Positions 46,008 through 55,668 of a stretch of 64,000 nucleotides of DNA are shown here, in pieces (within the stretch, counting starts at the first letter, position 1; every line of letters starts with the position of its first letter). This DNA is from a virus, in the IMG/VR virus record IMGVR_UViG_3300035660_000002, positions 1 through 64,000 of that record. One strand, given 5' to 3'. The notes below the pieces were generated by a model, which worked only from the letters and a program-made list of their open reading frames with translations, was not told the DNA's origin and did not search any database. A program made the position numbers and the translations under genes.

Positions 46008-46257
46008 TACCCTCCTTTGGTTTTTCCTCTGTCCTGTAGCTCTTGTTATCTAAAGACATCCGCGATCCGCCGTCCGTGAACATAGCATATCCCGCAGGGC
46101 TCTTTGCCACCACAGCACGATACTCTTCTTTGTACTTTATAAAAGTCTCCTCTGCAAATTCCAGGTCCTCTCTTGTCGGCACCCAATCCGTCAGTTGGTA
46201 AGGAAACCCTTTGATCTTCGAGTCCTCTCTCGGAATTCCAATCTCTTTTATCATCAT
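45985..46257 (-). CDS. Hypothetical protein
   Basis: Start revised to ATG 46257, overlapping the groES stop. Confidence 0.5.
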   Translation of the reverse strand: MMIKEIGIPREDSKIKGFPYQLTDWVPTREDLEFAEETFIKYKEEYRAVVAKSPAGYAMFTDGGSRMSLDNKSYRTEEKPKEGSDVKKRS

Positions 46258-46553
46258 CTTGCCCCTTCCTTTAATATAGCCACTACATGATTGTTCTCTA
46301 TTATTAAGTAGTTCTCGCCGTCTACCTCGACCGGCACGCCTGCTCTTTTTCCGTATAACACACACTCTCCTACCTTCGCACAGACTGCGTGCCTCTTACC
46401 GTTCTTCATCAAGCATCCTGCGCCTGTTTGCATCACCCGACCCTTGTTGGTCTTTTCCTGGAACATGTCCGGTATTATAATACCGCCCTCGGTCTTATCT
46501 ACCATCGCCTCTTCCTTAATCAACAGGCGCGGTCCTAACAGCTTTAGTGGCAT
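46254..46553 (-). CDS. groES: Co-chaperonin GroES
   Basis: LGPRLLIK..KTEGGIIIPD..G.V..TGAG..VGECVLYGK..GENYLII. Confidence 0.92.
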   Translation of the reverse strand: MPLKLLGPRLLIKEEAMVDKTEGGIIIPDMFQEKTNKGRVMQTGAGCLMKNGKRHAVCAKVGECVLYGKRAGVPVEVDGENYLIIENNHVVAILKEGAR

Positions 46554-46968
46554 TTCTTTTCCCTTTCGGAGTGACTTTAGATTCACATGGTTCACACAAT
46601 CCCGGCCCGTACTTCTTCCCGTTCGCTACCCATTTAGGACAATCCTCGAGAAAGCACGGCACGATCCTGTTCCCGTATGTGATATGGTTATTTGACATGA
46701 TTGCGTCGACTATAAATCCTTTACCAATCACGCCTCGTTCTTTCAGCTTCGCTACACAAAATCCGGCATGACCGTCATTATTTCCGCTGATCTCCTCCTG
46801 CGCCACCCAGTCCTCGACCTCTTTACGATCGTGATTCTTACGCCACGTTCTCATATCCCATAGATCGAGAGATGTCCTAAGGTAGTTCAGGCAGTATTCA
46901 TTCGTATACTTCTCTTCTTCAAGTTGCTTCGTTGACTTCTTGAATAAATCCTGTTGCTCTGCTACCAC
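46516..46968 (-). CDS. Hypothetical protein
   Basis: 150 aa ORF in the gene run. Confidence 0.5.
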   Translation of the reverse strand: MVAEQQDLFKKSTKQLEEEKYTNEYCLNYLRTSLDLWDMRTWRKNHDRKEVEDWVAQEEISGNNDGHAGFCVAKLKERGVIGKGFIVDAIMSNNHITYGNRIVPCFLEDCPKWVANGKKYGPGLCEPCESKVTPKGKRNATKAVRTAPVD

Positions 46969-47999
46969 GCCTGACTCCTTGTGGTGAAGTACCCACGCTC
47001 TGTAGTTGCATCCCTGTACAAAAACATAACCACATTATTTCCAAATAACTTGGCCACGTCCGATAAGTAATCTATATGGTACTGTGCTATGTACTCTTTG
47101 CCCTCATCCCGGTTCATGCACATCGTGATCAAGCACGGGTGAAGGATTGTTCCCTTAAACTGTATGTCCTCCTTAAAAGTCTTTTTGACAGAGACGGAAC
47201 TATAAACACCTTTCCCAAGCACCATCTTGTCGGGATATATTTCAACGGCCACTGTTTCCGGCTCGTACTTGCTTTTGTTCTCAAACTGTTTCAGGTACTT
47301 AACCGCATCCGTCAGACCGAAAATTTCATACTTGGCGCCGGTCTGCTGCTCCACAAGAAACTTATCCGTGTTCGGATACAGGCTCGCTTCCTCACATTTC
47401 ACCGAAAGCTCAAAGTTCCCCACACGGATGAACGCCGTGGTCTTATATACCGATATCTGTGCCATCATTGCGTTTTCCTCGGCGCGCATCATGCTGTCTA
47501 TAACGGCCACGCTGGCAGGTGTTACCACAACGATCGCCTTGCCCGTCTTTTCAACTTCTGCGATCAGCTCTATTGACTCTCTGTACAGCCTCTTCCCGTC
47601 TGTTGATATGACAACAATCCCGTTCTTATTCCATGACCACAGCATCCCTCGCAGAGTATACCTATCTGTTCCCCGAAATGTGAACATGACGGCACGATGC
47701 AACATGTCGCTCAGCACCTTCTTGTGCATCACCTTCGACATCAGTAGCTCTTTCCCGGGGCGTACTGCGCTCGGGAATTCCTCCGGCTTGAAAGTCGTAT
47801 CTACCAGTACCGTCTTCTTCGCCTCGAGGACGCCTTCAGAACTTTCAGGAAACGGTTTTCCGTAATACACAAGTTGCCTGTCCAAGTCGGTCTTCCTGGC
47901 GCACTTGTCGTCTACATAGATGTTTTTCAGTATCGGAAGCGCTTTGCTTTCTACTTTGAAACTATTGAATACGTCCAGCACCTTCTGGTTCATACACAC
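46962..47999 (-). CDS. DNA polymerase III beta-clamp-like protein (divergent)
   Basis: ALPILKNI, EEFP, DRYTLRGM..VISTDGKRL and YPN signatures of the DnaN domains. Confidence 0.7.
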   Translation of the reverse strand: MCMNQKVLDVFNSFKVESKALPILKNIYVDDKCARKTDLDRQLVYYGKPFPESSEGVLEAKKTVLVDTTFKPEEFPSAVRPGKELLMSKVMHKKVLSDMLHRAVMFTFRGTDRYTLRGMLWSWNKNGIVVISTDGKRLYRESIELIAEVEKTGKAIVVVTPASVAVIDSMMRAEENAMMAQISVYKTTAFIRVGNFELSVKCEEASLYPNTDKFLVEQQTGAKYEIFGLTDAVKYLKQFENKSKYEPETVAVEIYPDKMVLGKGVYSSVSVKKTFKEDIQFKGTILHPCLITMCMNRDEGKEYIAQYHIDYLSDVAKLFGNNVVMFLYRDATTERGYFTTRSQAW

Positions 48000-48013
48000 T
48001 CCTTTCCCCTCAC

Positions 48014-48825
48014 CTATACAGATACATTTTTCTTTGTTTTGTCCACAAGTTTACTTATAAAGTGCTCTTTCCAATGCTCTCTGTTGAAGTTAACCCGGGA
48101 GTTACACGCTTTGCATAAAGAATTCAAGTTATTCTTATCACAATTTTTCTTATCATAGTCTATGTGATGCACGTGCAAAGGTATGCCATACACTATCAAA
48201 TGCTCTTCTTCAGTCATACCACAACATTGACAAGTATGTTCATCACGTTTCCGTATCTCCCCCTTCAGCACATCATTAAATTCAAAAGGATAGGGCTCAT
48301 TAGAAACACCACCACGCCACCGATGACTCTTCGGTCCCTTCTGAGCTTCGCTCATCTTTTTAATAGATTCAGTCGAAAACTTTCTTCCTTTAAGTGCTTT
48401 ACTTATTAACTGCCTACTTTCCTCTGTATGATGTTTTCCAAGAAAGTTTGTATTTCCTATAACTCCTGCCCTGATCTTATCCTTCTCCTCCTCGGTACGG
48501 TGCCTTCCTAAAACATATTTTTGTTTAGACATGCGATTCCGAAGTTCTATGAGGCACCCCGCAGAGAGCTTATGTTTTGTTCCCAAACCAACGCCTGGTC
48601 TTTTTCTTCCCCTCAACTTAACTTATCGCCTATCTTTCTTTTATGTTCCTCAGACATCTTCTTTCCTGTCATTCGAGGAGAGTAGTAATCAAGCTTTCTA
48701 CCCTTGTTCCAAGGAACTTGCCCCTTCTTAAATTCCCCTTCTACGCATCTACGAACACCTTTTTGAAATTTTCCTTTGATCCTGCTCTTATGCCAGGCAG
48801 TCCTGACATATACACCTCTAGGCAT
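48014..48825 (-). pseudogene. NUMOD3-HNH homing endonuclease frameshifted by a 5-bp duplication
   Basis: GAT AAGTT AAGTT GAGG at 48615-48624; removing one copy joins ORF 48613-48825 to 48014-48616 (IGDKLRGRKR); IRKRDEHTCQCCG..LHVHHIDYDK. Confidence 0.82.
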
Positions 48826-50383
48826 GATCTTCCCCTATCTTGTGATCCACTATCTCCACATCAAAACCTTCACTTGTGTAAATACGATACCGCTCCTTCG
48901 AGTGCTTTTCGAGGTATTTATTATCCAAATCGTAAAAATCCAGTACCTCAACCCTATTCACACCTTTTTTTCTACGAAGGCCCCTACCTATTCTCTGTAG
49001 TATCTGCCTTTTGGACTTCCTGCCCCCGGCAAGAACTAAAACCTCTATGGCCTGTATATCAATTCCTTCATCTACAATTGATGTAGACACCAATATACGC
49101 AACTCGCCTTCCTTAAAAGCCAACAGACTTCCTCTACGAGTCACGCTTTGCCCATGGATAAAGTCCATCTTGTTTTTCTCGCGCTCCCACATGAGATCCA
49201 TAATCATCCTGCCATGAGCGAGGTAGTCCACCACGATCAGTGTCTGCTTGTTCCTGTACTTTCCGCAAACTATATTCACTATGGCGCTGTTACGATCCAC
49301 GTTGTTAACTATATGTTTTTTCATCACAACGATGAACACTCTCTTGTACACCTCTTCCCTTTCCTGTCGGATAGAGTGGTACTTGATCCCTTGCAGCGCA
49401 TCCTCCTCACGTATTCCCTGAACAATGGCAGGGTAGTCAATCTCATGTGGAAATTTCACCATCTTGATTTTTGGCTCTGCGGATACACCCATATCGATCA
49501 ATTCCTTGTTACTTATTTCAAACTTAACATCTCCAATGTACTGTCTGGCCAACCATCCCTCATAAGTATCTTCATCATAAATAGTCCCACTAAATCCAAA
49601 CCTGTACACCGCCTTCGATCTACAGAACGCTGCTTGGTGCGTATTTGCCACGAGATGATGACACTCGTCGACCATCAACACCTTGCTTCTGTTAAACATT
49701 TCCTTCACTACCGGATTAGTATCTATCCGAGTCATCAACGTCATCACCATGACTATGTTCACATAGGGGTCTATATTTACCTCCTCCGCTGTTACATATC
49801 CAACGGAGATTCCTGTCATGCCCACAATCATCATCTTAAGTTGCTGGAGCAGTTCTACCCTGTGCACTATGATGACAACCTTCTCCTGCCTCAAAAGCTT
49901 CGCTAATGCCGCAATTACTACAGACTTCCCGGCATTCGTGGCCGCCTGTATCAAGCAGTTCTTGTATTCAAATGCGACCAGCAATGCCTCCTTCTGGTAC
50001 ATCCTCTGTTCCAGTACCTTTCCTGTGGGCTTGTATTCCGAATCTATCGCGTATAATTCCGGAACACGGAATTGTATCGGCGCGTATGTTCTTTCATCTA
50101 TCAGCTTAGTACCCGGCCACTGCGTCATTACCCTGTTCAAAAATCCTATCGGGAACGAATCTGTCATCCTGTTATAAAAGCACTTCTTGCCGTCCCACAT
50201 GTGTGATCGGTACTTGTTGGTGTACTGCGCCCCCGGGACTTTTATGGTGAGAAACTTCCTGAGTTCCTGCATCTCGAACATAGTATCGAACTGGCAGAAT
50301 ATTAAGGATGGGTTATCATTAGTGATGTGCAGTCTGATCATTTGTACGCCACCGCAAACTTCTTCATTCAAAAAATCTCCCAA
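48818..50383 (-). CDS. uvsW: Superfamily 2 DNA helicase, UvsW-like
   Basis: QAATNAGKS, VDECHH, GFSGT, STSIVDEGIDI, QRIGRGLR; true start may be ATG 50341. Confidence 0.92.
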   Translation of the reverse strand: MGDFLNEEVCGGVQMIRLHITNDNPSLIFCQFDTMFEMQELRKFLTIKVPGAQYTNKYRSHMWDGKKCFYNRMTDSFPIGFLNRVMTQWPGTKLIDERTYAPIQFRVPELYAIDSEYKPTGKVLEQRMYQKEALLVAFEYKNCLIQAATNAGKSVVIAALAKLLRQEKVVIIVHRVELLQQLKMMIVGMTGISVGYVTAEEVNIDPYVNIVMVMTLMTRIDTNPVVKEMFNRSKVLMVDECHHLVANTHQAAFCRSKAVYRFGFSGTIYDEDTYEGWLARQYIGDVKFEISNKELIDMGVSAEPKIKMVKFPHEIDYPAIVQGIREEDALQGIKYHSIRQEREEVYKRVFIVVMKKHIVNNVDRNSAIVNIVCGKYRNKQTLIVVDYLAHGRMIMDLMWEREKNKMDFIHGQSVTRRGSLLAFKEGELRILVSTSIVDEGIDIQAIEVLVLAGGRKSKRQILQRIGRGLRRKKGVNRVEVLDFYDLDNKYLEKHSKERYRIYTSEGFDVEIVDHKIGEDHA

Positions 50384-50678
50384 ACTCCACCGTTCCTCTT
50401 ATTATATAAAACACTTCGCCTTGCAGGTCATCCTTGATGCCTATCCATCCTTTTTCAGTATATATGTGAATCGCATTATAAGTTATCGCGTCCTCTTTTG
50501 AATTTCCAATACCATAATCTCCTACTATAGGATCCCTGTCCAACAGCTGCCATATATGGCAACCGTTCCTGTACCATCCCTGCACCGGCCTTATCATGAC
50601 ATCCTGCTCCTTACATCTTGTACACATTACTAATAAGAAAACCAGAACCAATACGTCTTTGAGCCGTCTTTTCCTCAA
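50364..50678 (-). CDS. Hypothetical protein
   Basis: ORF fills the gap; start uncertain, overlaps the HNH end. Confidence 0.4.
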   Translation of the reverse strand: MRKRRLKDVLVLVFLLVMCTRCKEQDVMIRPVQGWYRNGCHIWQLLDRDPIVGDYGIGNSKEDAITYNAIHIYTEKGWIGIKDDLQGEVFYIIRGTVEFGRFFE

Positions 50679-51330
50679 AGTGCTTTTTCCAAAAATCTCT
50701 GTCGAAGTTTGTTCTCCGATGACAGTGCCCGCACAAGCTTACCAAGTTATTTATATGCACATTTCTTTTATTATAGTCTATATGATGAATATCCAACTTT
50801 CTAAGGCACTCTGATTCCGGAGTTCCGCACTCCACGCACTGAAATCCATCTCGCCATCGCACTTCACGCTTAAGCGCTCGGGTCCATTTTTCAGAGTATT
50901 TCTCAAAAGATTTACCATTTTGCCAGTTCGAGCTCTTGGCGCCCACCTGTCCAAAGGAAGTTAATCCACTTCTTACCCTAAATTTAGAATTACAAGATAA
51001 GCATCTCTTTGAGAATCTATGCCGAAGTTGCTTGCCACAGTCCATGCAATGCGCAACCTCCCCCTTCCAGTTCCTATTTTTACATCCAGTCTCCTTCTTC
51101 AGCATAGTACTTATTATTTTCCTGTGTTTCCATGACAATTTTTTTCCTCTCTCTGTGATACCGTAGCACTTTCGGCATCTTTTTATATGTGTATGCCTAC
51201 CAATCTCTACACCACAATCAATACATAATTTAATCTTCCTGTGCGCCTTTCTATAAAGCGTATAACATTTCCAACATCTTTTTGCGTTCCTATTCGCAGT
51301 TCCTTTCCCACAATCAACACAGCTATGCAT
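50611..51330 (-). CDS. HNH homing endonuclease (Zn-finger repeats)
   Basis: CVDCG repeats; VRWRDGFQCVECG..LDIHHIDYNK..NLVSLCGHCH..DRDFW. Confidence 0.88.
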   Translation of the reverse strand: MHSCVDCGKGTANRNAKRCWKCYTLYRKAHRKIKLCIDCGVEIGRHTHIKRCRKCYGITERGKKLSWKHRKIISTMLKKETGCKNRNWKGEVAHCMDCGKQLRHRFSKRCLSCNSKFRVRSGLTSFGQVGAKSSNWQNGKSFEKYSEKWTRALKREVRWRDGFQCVECGTPESECLRKLDIHHIDYNKRNVHINNLVSLCGHCHRRTNFDRDFWKKHFEEKTAQRRIGSGFLISNVYKM

Positions 51331-51332
51331 AA

Positions 51333-52235
51333 TTACGCCTTCATAAGTTTTGCTTTGATATACCCAGAAAATCCATGGTACCCTGACGCCATTCCCTTTT
51401 CTGCCACGTCTTTTTCAGGCAAGTATACCGCATCGACCATGCCATAACCTAACTCTTTTTCAAGAAAGTCCGCATACTTTTGCTGCTTGCTAATCATGTC
51501 ACTATCCAGTACAAGACATACCTTTCTTTTCATAAATCTAAGATACGATACCACATTCTCGTACAATCCGCTGCCCAATAAAATAACTACACTATACCCA
51601 TCCTTGTTCACACGAATTGCGTCAAAAACACCTTCAACAACCATTACAGGCTCGGACCGAATACCTTTGTACATTATTATTCTATCAGATTTAACAGAAG
51701 AGCAACCCAGGTACTTCGGCTTTACGCCCTTGTAGATAGTCCGCGCTGTCCAGAATATAAGGTTGCCCACCGAATTCCTGAAAGGAAACAATACGCGCTG
51801 CATCTCGATCCTTTTCCCTTCAGGTGACATCTGGTACTCGCACCACATGATCTCATATATCTTTATATCTTCCTCTGTGATCCCCCGGCTGCTCAAGTAT
51901 CCAATCACCTTATCTTTAATCTTGCACTGCTCGATCGGTATCGTTCCTGCCGGAAGACGCAGCTCCCCTACAAGTTCCTCCCGGCTGTGGATATTCTTTC
52001 GCGTTGTCTTTGGTAGTTCGCCTATAAATTGAATATCCAAAATCCATAGCAGATACTGCAGAGAAACGCCTTTTCCGCAAACCCAACAATGTCCGAGAAT
52101 CTTTGATGTGTTAAATTCAAAATTCCATTTTGCGTTACCACAAAAAGGACAGTCCTTAAATACCAGTTCTGCCCCCCGGGTCCTGTACGCCCCCAGCTTG
52201 CCCTTAACCTGATCAATCAATGCTTCGAGTTGCAT
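51333..52235 (-). CDS. dnaG: DNA primase (Zn finger plus TOPRIM)
   Basis: CPFCG..HCWVCG; VLFPFRN..FWTART; VVEGVFDAI; LVLDSD. Confidence 0.88.
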   Translation of the reverse strand: MQLEALIDQVKGKLGAYRTRGAELVFKDCPFCGNAKWNFEFNTSKILGHCWVCGKGVSLQYLLWILDIQFIGELPKTTRKNIHSREELVGELRLPAGTIPIEQCKIKDKVIGYLSSRGITEEDIKIYEIMWCEYQMSPEGKRIEMQRVLFPFRNSVGNLIFWTARTIYKGVKPKYLGCSSVKSDRIIMYKGIRSEPVMVVEGVFDAIRVNKDGYSVVILLGSGLYENVVSYLRFMKRKVCLVLDSDMISKQQKYADFLEKELGYGMVDAVYLPEKDVAEKGMASGYHGFSGYIKAKLMKA

Positions 52236-52238
52236 GAC

Positions 52239-52481
52239 TCACTCCAATCCAAGGTGCTTGTCACAAACCCATCCTTCGTCGCGTACATGCATCATATGCT
52301 TGTGCTGCCGAACCTTAGAACATCGAGCACACCTGCTATATTCGTCCGGATGCAGGGGCATTTGCCCTTCACATCCCCAATCATAGATATGCTCAAAGTT
52401 CGTCAACACAGCATACCCGACAGCAAATAGCAGTATAACGATAATTCCGGCACTCATGATCTCTAGACTTATTGCTCTCAC
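52239..52481 (-). CDS. Membrane-anchored Zn-finger protein
   Basis: TM helix, CARC..VCDKH. Confidence 0.55.
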   Translation of the reverse strand: MRAISLEIMSAGIIVILLFAVGYAVLTNFEHIYDWGCEGQMPLHPDEYSRCARCSKVRQHKHMMHVRDEGWVCDKHLGLE

Positions 52482-52484
52482 AAG

Positions 52485-52763
52485 TTACCCCTGCGGTGGC
52501 GCCTCCACCTTCTGAAGAGAAGACACTCTCGGCCAGTACAGCTTCTTTCCGCCCTTTACTCCCGTGACTAACACGAGATAGCTTTCATGGTTACGAGCCA
52601 TTCCGTCAAACTGGCAACTCACATGCGAAACCTCCGTATCACGAATTACATTACACGGATTTAAGCTTGGAGGAACTACCAATGCAACAACCCCTTCCTT
52701 CGCTTTCGTGTATCCTGCGGCCTGACTTGCCCACTGCACTTTATCCCCGACTTTTAATTCCAT
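52485..52763 (-). CDS. SH3-like hypothetical protein
   Basis: LKVGDKVQWASQAAG..RNHESYLV..LYWPRVS. Confidence 0.65.
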   Translation of the reverse strand: MELKVGDKVQWASQAAGYTKAKEGVVALVVPPSLNPCNVIRDTEVSHVSCQFDGMARNHESYLVLVTGVKGGKKLYWPRVSSLQKVEAPPQG

Positions 52764-52764
52764 G

Positions 52765-54093
52765 CTATCCTCCTTTGATCTCTTTCCATGTTTTGTTATC
52801 GCCTGCCCGGACAGGATCCTTGCCCGTGAACTCCTGCCACCGATCCAATATTATTCCGCAATATACAGGAGCTATCTCCATCATATAGCACTTCCGAAGC
52901 ATTATCTCGGCCGCCACCATAGAAGAGCCGCTTCCGCCGAATATGTCCACGATTATTTCATCGCGCCGGGTGTACAGCAGAAGATGCCTTGTGACCAGTT
53001 CTATCGGGAATGCCGCCACATGCCCTGTCTGCGTCGCATTGCCCCGGATATCGTTCCAAAACCCCTTTAGGGCCCACTTCTGCCCTGTCCTGAACGATCC
53101 CCTGCTTATGCCATCCCTGTTGTAGAACGTCTCAAGGATGTTGATATCATCCTCTGCCAGCTTGTCCTCGAACTTCATATCCACACCTTCGTCGTTCTCA
53201 AAGGTACCTATAAATTCGCTGTGCTGATCTATCAAGTCCGACCGCAGGTCGACCGACCGCAGCTGCCCTCCCTTTATCCAATGCCGGATGTGCCGCAGGT
53301 TCCATCCAAGAGCAAACAGATTGTTCGTCCACTTGTCAATCAGGAGCATCACCTGCCTCTTATGCTTCTTGTCAAATGCTGTCGTGAACCCGGTGCCTGT
53401 ATTGATCACGATCCTGGAATCGTCCTTCTTTACGATAGTCACCATGGCCACACAGATGTCATGAATGAACTTATCTATCTCAGGGACGGATTTTTGAGTT
53501 TCGTATGCCTTCCCAACCCAATATGGTGGGCTCGAAAACAGCAAGCTCGCCTGCTTGCCGTCCATAAGCTTTTCGAGATCCGTGATACTTGTTGAATCCC
53601 CGCATAGAAGCCTATGCTCTCCAAGCACAAACAGATCGCCGCGCACCACATATTCCTTTGGCAGCGGTTCTGGTATCTTGTCCGGATCCTTCTCCTCGCC
53701 GGAGTTCTCAAGTATCCTATCCAGCTCCTCTTTGCTGAATCCAACATCCTTCAGCATCGCTTCCGTATATTCATTCAGCTTGGCCCAATCCCATTCCGCG
53801 AATTCCTGAGCCTTATTATCCGCAAGTATGAACCTGGTCCTCTGGTCGGGCGTCATTCCCGATATCTTTATAACAATGGGTATGACTACTCTTCCAACCT
53901 TCACCATCGCCTTGTATCTTGTGTTTCCCGCGAGTATCGTATCCGTCTCATCCACTATGATCGGACTAATGTAATCCGAAGATTGTATACTTTTTATAAC
54001 TTCCTGCACCGCTTTTTCGTTTTGCCTGGGGTTATCAATATTCAATTTAATTTTTTCTATAGGCACATCTGTAAGTACTTCTCTTGCTATCAT
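52765..54093 (-). CDS. ParB-N domain DNA methyltransferase (N4/N6, beta class)
   Basis: IIVDE..ILAGNTRYKA ParB-like domain; FSSPPYW; HVAAFP; VDIFGGSGS. Confidence 0.9.
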   Translation of the reverse strand: MIAREVLTDVPIEKIKLNIDNPRQNEKAVQEVIKSIQSSDYISPIIVDETDTILAGNTRYKAMVKVGRVVIPIVIKISGMTPDQRTRFILADNKAQEFAEWDWAKLNEYTEAMLKDVGFSKEELDRILENSGEEKDPDKIPEPLPKEYVVRGDLFVLGEHRLLCGDSTSITDLEKLMDGKQASLLFSSPPYWVGKAYETQKSVPEIDKFIHDICVAMVTIVKKDDSRIVINTGTGFTTAFDKKHKRQVMLLIDKWTNNLFALGWNLRHIRHWIKGGQLRSVDLRSDLIDQHSEFIGTFENDEGVDMKFEDKLAEDDINILETFYNRDGISRGSFRTGQKWALKGFWNDIRGNATQTGHVAAFPIELVTRHLLLYTRRDEIIVDIFGGSGSSMVAAEIMLRKCYMMEIAPVYCGIILDRWQEFTGKDPVRAGDNKTWKEIKGG

Positions 54094-54694
54094 AAAAACC
54101 CCTCTCTTTCATTTTGTTACTATAAAATTCTTTCCAGTAACCTCGGTTACTATTAGCCCGAATATTGCACCAAAAGCACAAAGTTATCAAATCCTTCTGC
54201 GCAACACTACTCTTATCATAATCTATATGATGTACATTCAGAACTTTACCTAAGACAATCAAGTGTTCTTCTTCCGTCATCCCACAGTTCTGACATGTGT
54301 AGTCATCCCTTTTCCGTATCCCATCCCGAAGTTTTGAATCGAACTCAAAGTGGTAAGGTGCCCTTGATACTCCGCCGTGCCAATTCGGATTATTCTTTCC
54401 TACATGGAATTTTGTGGCACACGGTTTACATCTCGCCACACCGTAATCAGACAGCTTTGCTCCGCAGTCAACACACTTCGGTTTCCCTCCCTTCCACCTA
54501 GGGTGCCTATCCCCAAGCAAAGATTTACTAATCTTGTTTCTTGATTTATTAGAATGATGATGCCCTGCAAAATGACTAGGCTTACCTTTCATAGCTAAAC
54601 TCAGCTTATCCTTATGTGCGGCAGACAACTTCACCCCAATCTTTGATAATCGTATCTTTCTTTTAGTTTCCGCACTGCACTTTCTGCCCCTCAT
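54047..54694 (-). CDS. NUMOD3-HNH homing endonuclease
   Basis: IRKRDDYTCQNCG..LNVHHIDYDK..LITLCFWCN..NRGYW. Confidence 0.9.
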   Translation of the reverse strand: MRGRKCSAETKRKIRLSKIGVKLSAAHKDKLSLAMKGKPSHFAGHHHSNKSRNKISKSLLGDRHPRWKGGKPKCVDCGAKLSDYGVARCKPCATKFHVGKNNPNWHGGVSRAPYHFEFDSKLRDGIRKRDDYTCQNCGMTEEEHLIVLGKVLNVHHIDYDKSSVAQKDLITLCFWCNIRANSNRGYWKEFYSNKMKERGFYDSKRSTYRCAYRKN

Positions 54695-54801
54695 ATGCTT
54701 TTCACTACTTGGTCGATCGCCTCATCATTGACCCTCGGATTGTTAGGGTTGAGCTTTATGGATCCTATCGGTACGTCTTTCAACACGTCTCTTGTTATCA
54801 T
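54691..54801 (-). pseudogene. Orphaned original N-terminus (36 aa) of the ParB-methylase, cut off by the HNH insertion
   Basis: Own translation MITRDVLKDVPIGSIKLNPNNPRVNDEAIDQVVKSI*, 22/36 identical to the first 36 aa of 52765-54093; own AAGGAG RBS; TGA overlaps the HNH ATG. Confidence 0.85.
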
Positions 54802-55099
54802 GCCCTCTCCTTTGTGCTCTTAGTTTTATCAAATCCTTTCTAAGAGATTCATTTACCTGTTTAATTATAGAGACCACATTCCTAGCGTTATTCCATCTGG
54901 TTGATTGCATACCAATAAATATTCCTTGAATCCTATGCATACCATCTTCAAGTTCATATACTCCAAACTGGTCACGCTTCTTAAGGTACTTAACCATCTT
55001 GTTATACACTACAACAAGCTCGTACATGAGTTGATCTTCTTCTGCGGTCCTATACATCGGTGTCAGCTGTGGGAACCTCCGCCAGTACACTTTTTTCAT
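54743..55099 (-). CDS. Hypothetical protein
   Basis: 118 aa ORF. Confidence 0.55.
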   Translation of the reverse strand: MKKVYWRRFPQLTPMYRTAEEDQLMYELVVVYNKMVKYLKKRDQFGVYELEDGMHRIQGIFIGMQSTRWNNARNVVSIIKQVNESLRKDLIKLRAQRRGHDNKRRVERRTDRIHKAQP

Positions 55100-55101
55100 C
55101 T

Positions 55102-55371
55102 TTATGAACTCCTCGGACTTTTCTGCGCTGTATAAATGACCCGGGCTATTGCACTTTTTACAGTTTCACTGCCCCCCATGTAATCCAGATATATAACCTT
55201 TACAATTTCTTTTTCGCTCAGTCCCACTCCATGTTCTGTGACAGATTGAAGCACAGAACGAGCATCGGTCAATGCCTGCCTGTAATCAAGCTTGCTTCCT
55301 AAACGGAAACCGCCCTTGTCTATCAAGTCGGTCAATGCTTCGATGCTGTTTTTCAATCTTTGAGAATTCAT
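55102..55371 (-). CDS. Hypothetical protein
   Basis: 89 aa ORF with AAGGAG RBS. Confidence 0.55.
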   Translation of the reverse strand: MNSQRLKNSIEALTDLIDKGGFRLGSKLDYRQALTDARSVLQSVTEHGVGLSEKEIVKVIYLDYMGGSETVKSAIARVIYTAQKSPRSS

Positions 55372-55473
55372 CTTCGTGCTCCTTTCAAATTAGAGATTCA
55401 TCCTCTGCCAAAATAGTGATAACTGTCACTGATTCTCCGAAGTGCAACATCGCACTCGACTGCACAATACTCA

Positions 55474-55668
55474 CTACTTTCTTATCCTTAATCCATTGCC
55501 CTTCTCTATCGCTTCCGTGACACAATGAATGCACACACAGTTCTTATCCAAGTTGTGCAGTGATACCCATACCTCCCGACCGCACTTGCAGCACGGCACC
55601 AGCACATAATTAAATATGTGCTCATCCTCTTTACTTACACAAAGCACATAAATTTTAGGCTTACTCAA
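55474..55668 (-). CDS. Small Zn-finger protein
   Basis: CCKCGREVW..CVCIHC; TTG start overlaps the HNH stop. Confidence 0.5.
   Translation of the reverse strand: MSKPKIYVLCVSKEDEHIFNYVLVPCCKCGREVWVSLHNLDKNCVCIHCVTEAIEKGNGLRIRK

Noticed and set aside
29195-51330. Duplicated gene-end peptides at the HNHs at 29195, 38077, 48014 and 50611
   Set aside because: Compared termini of these HNHs and their neighbours by eye and found no convincing duplicated peptide
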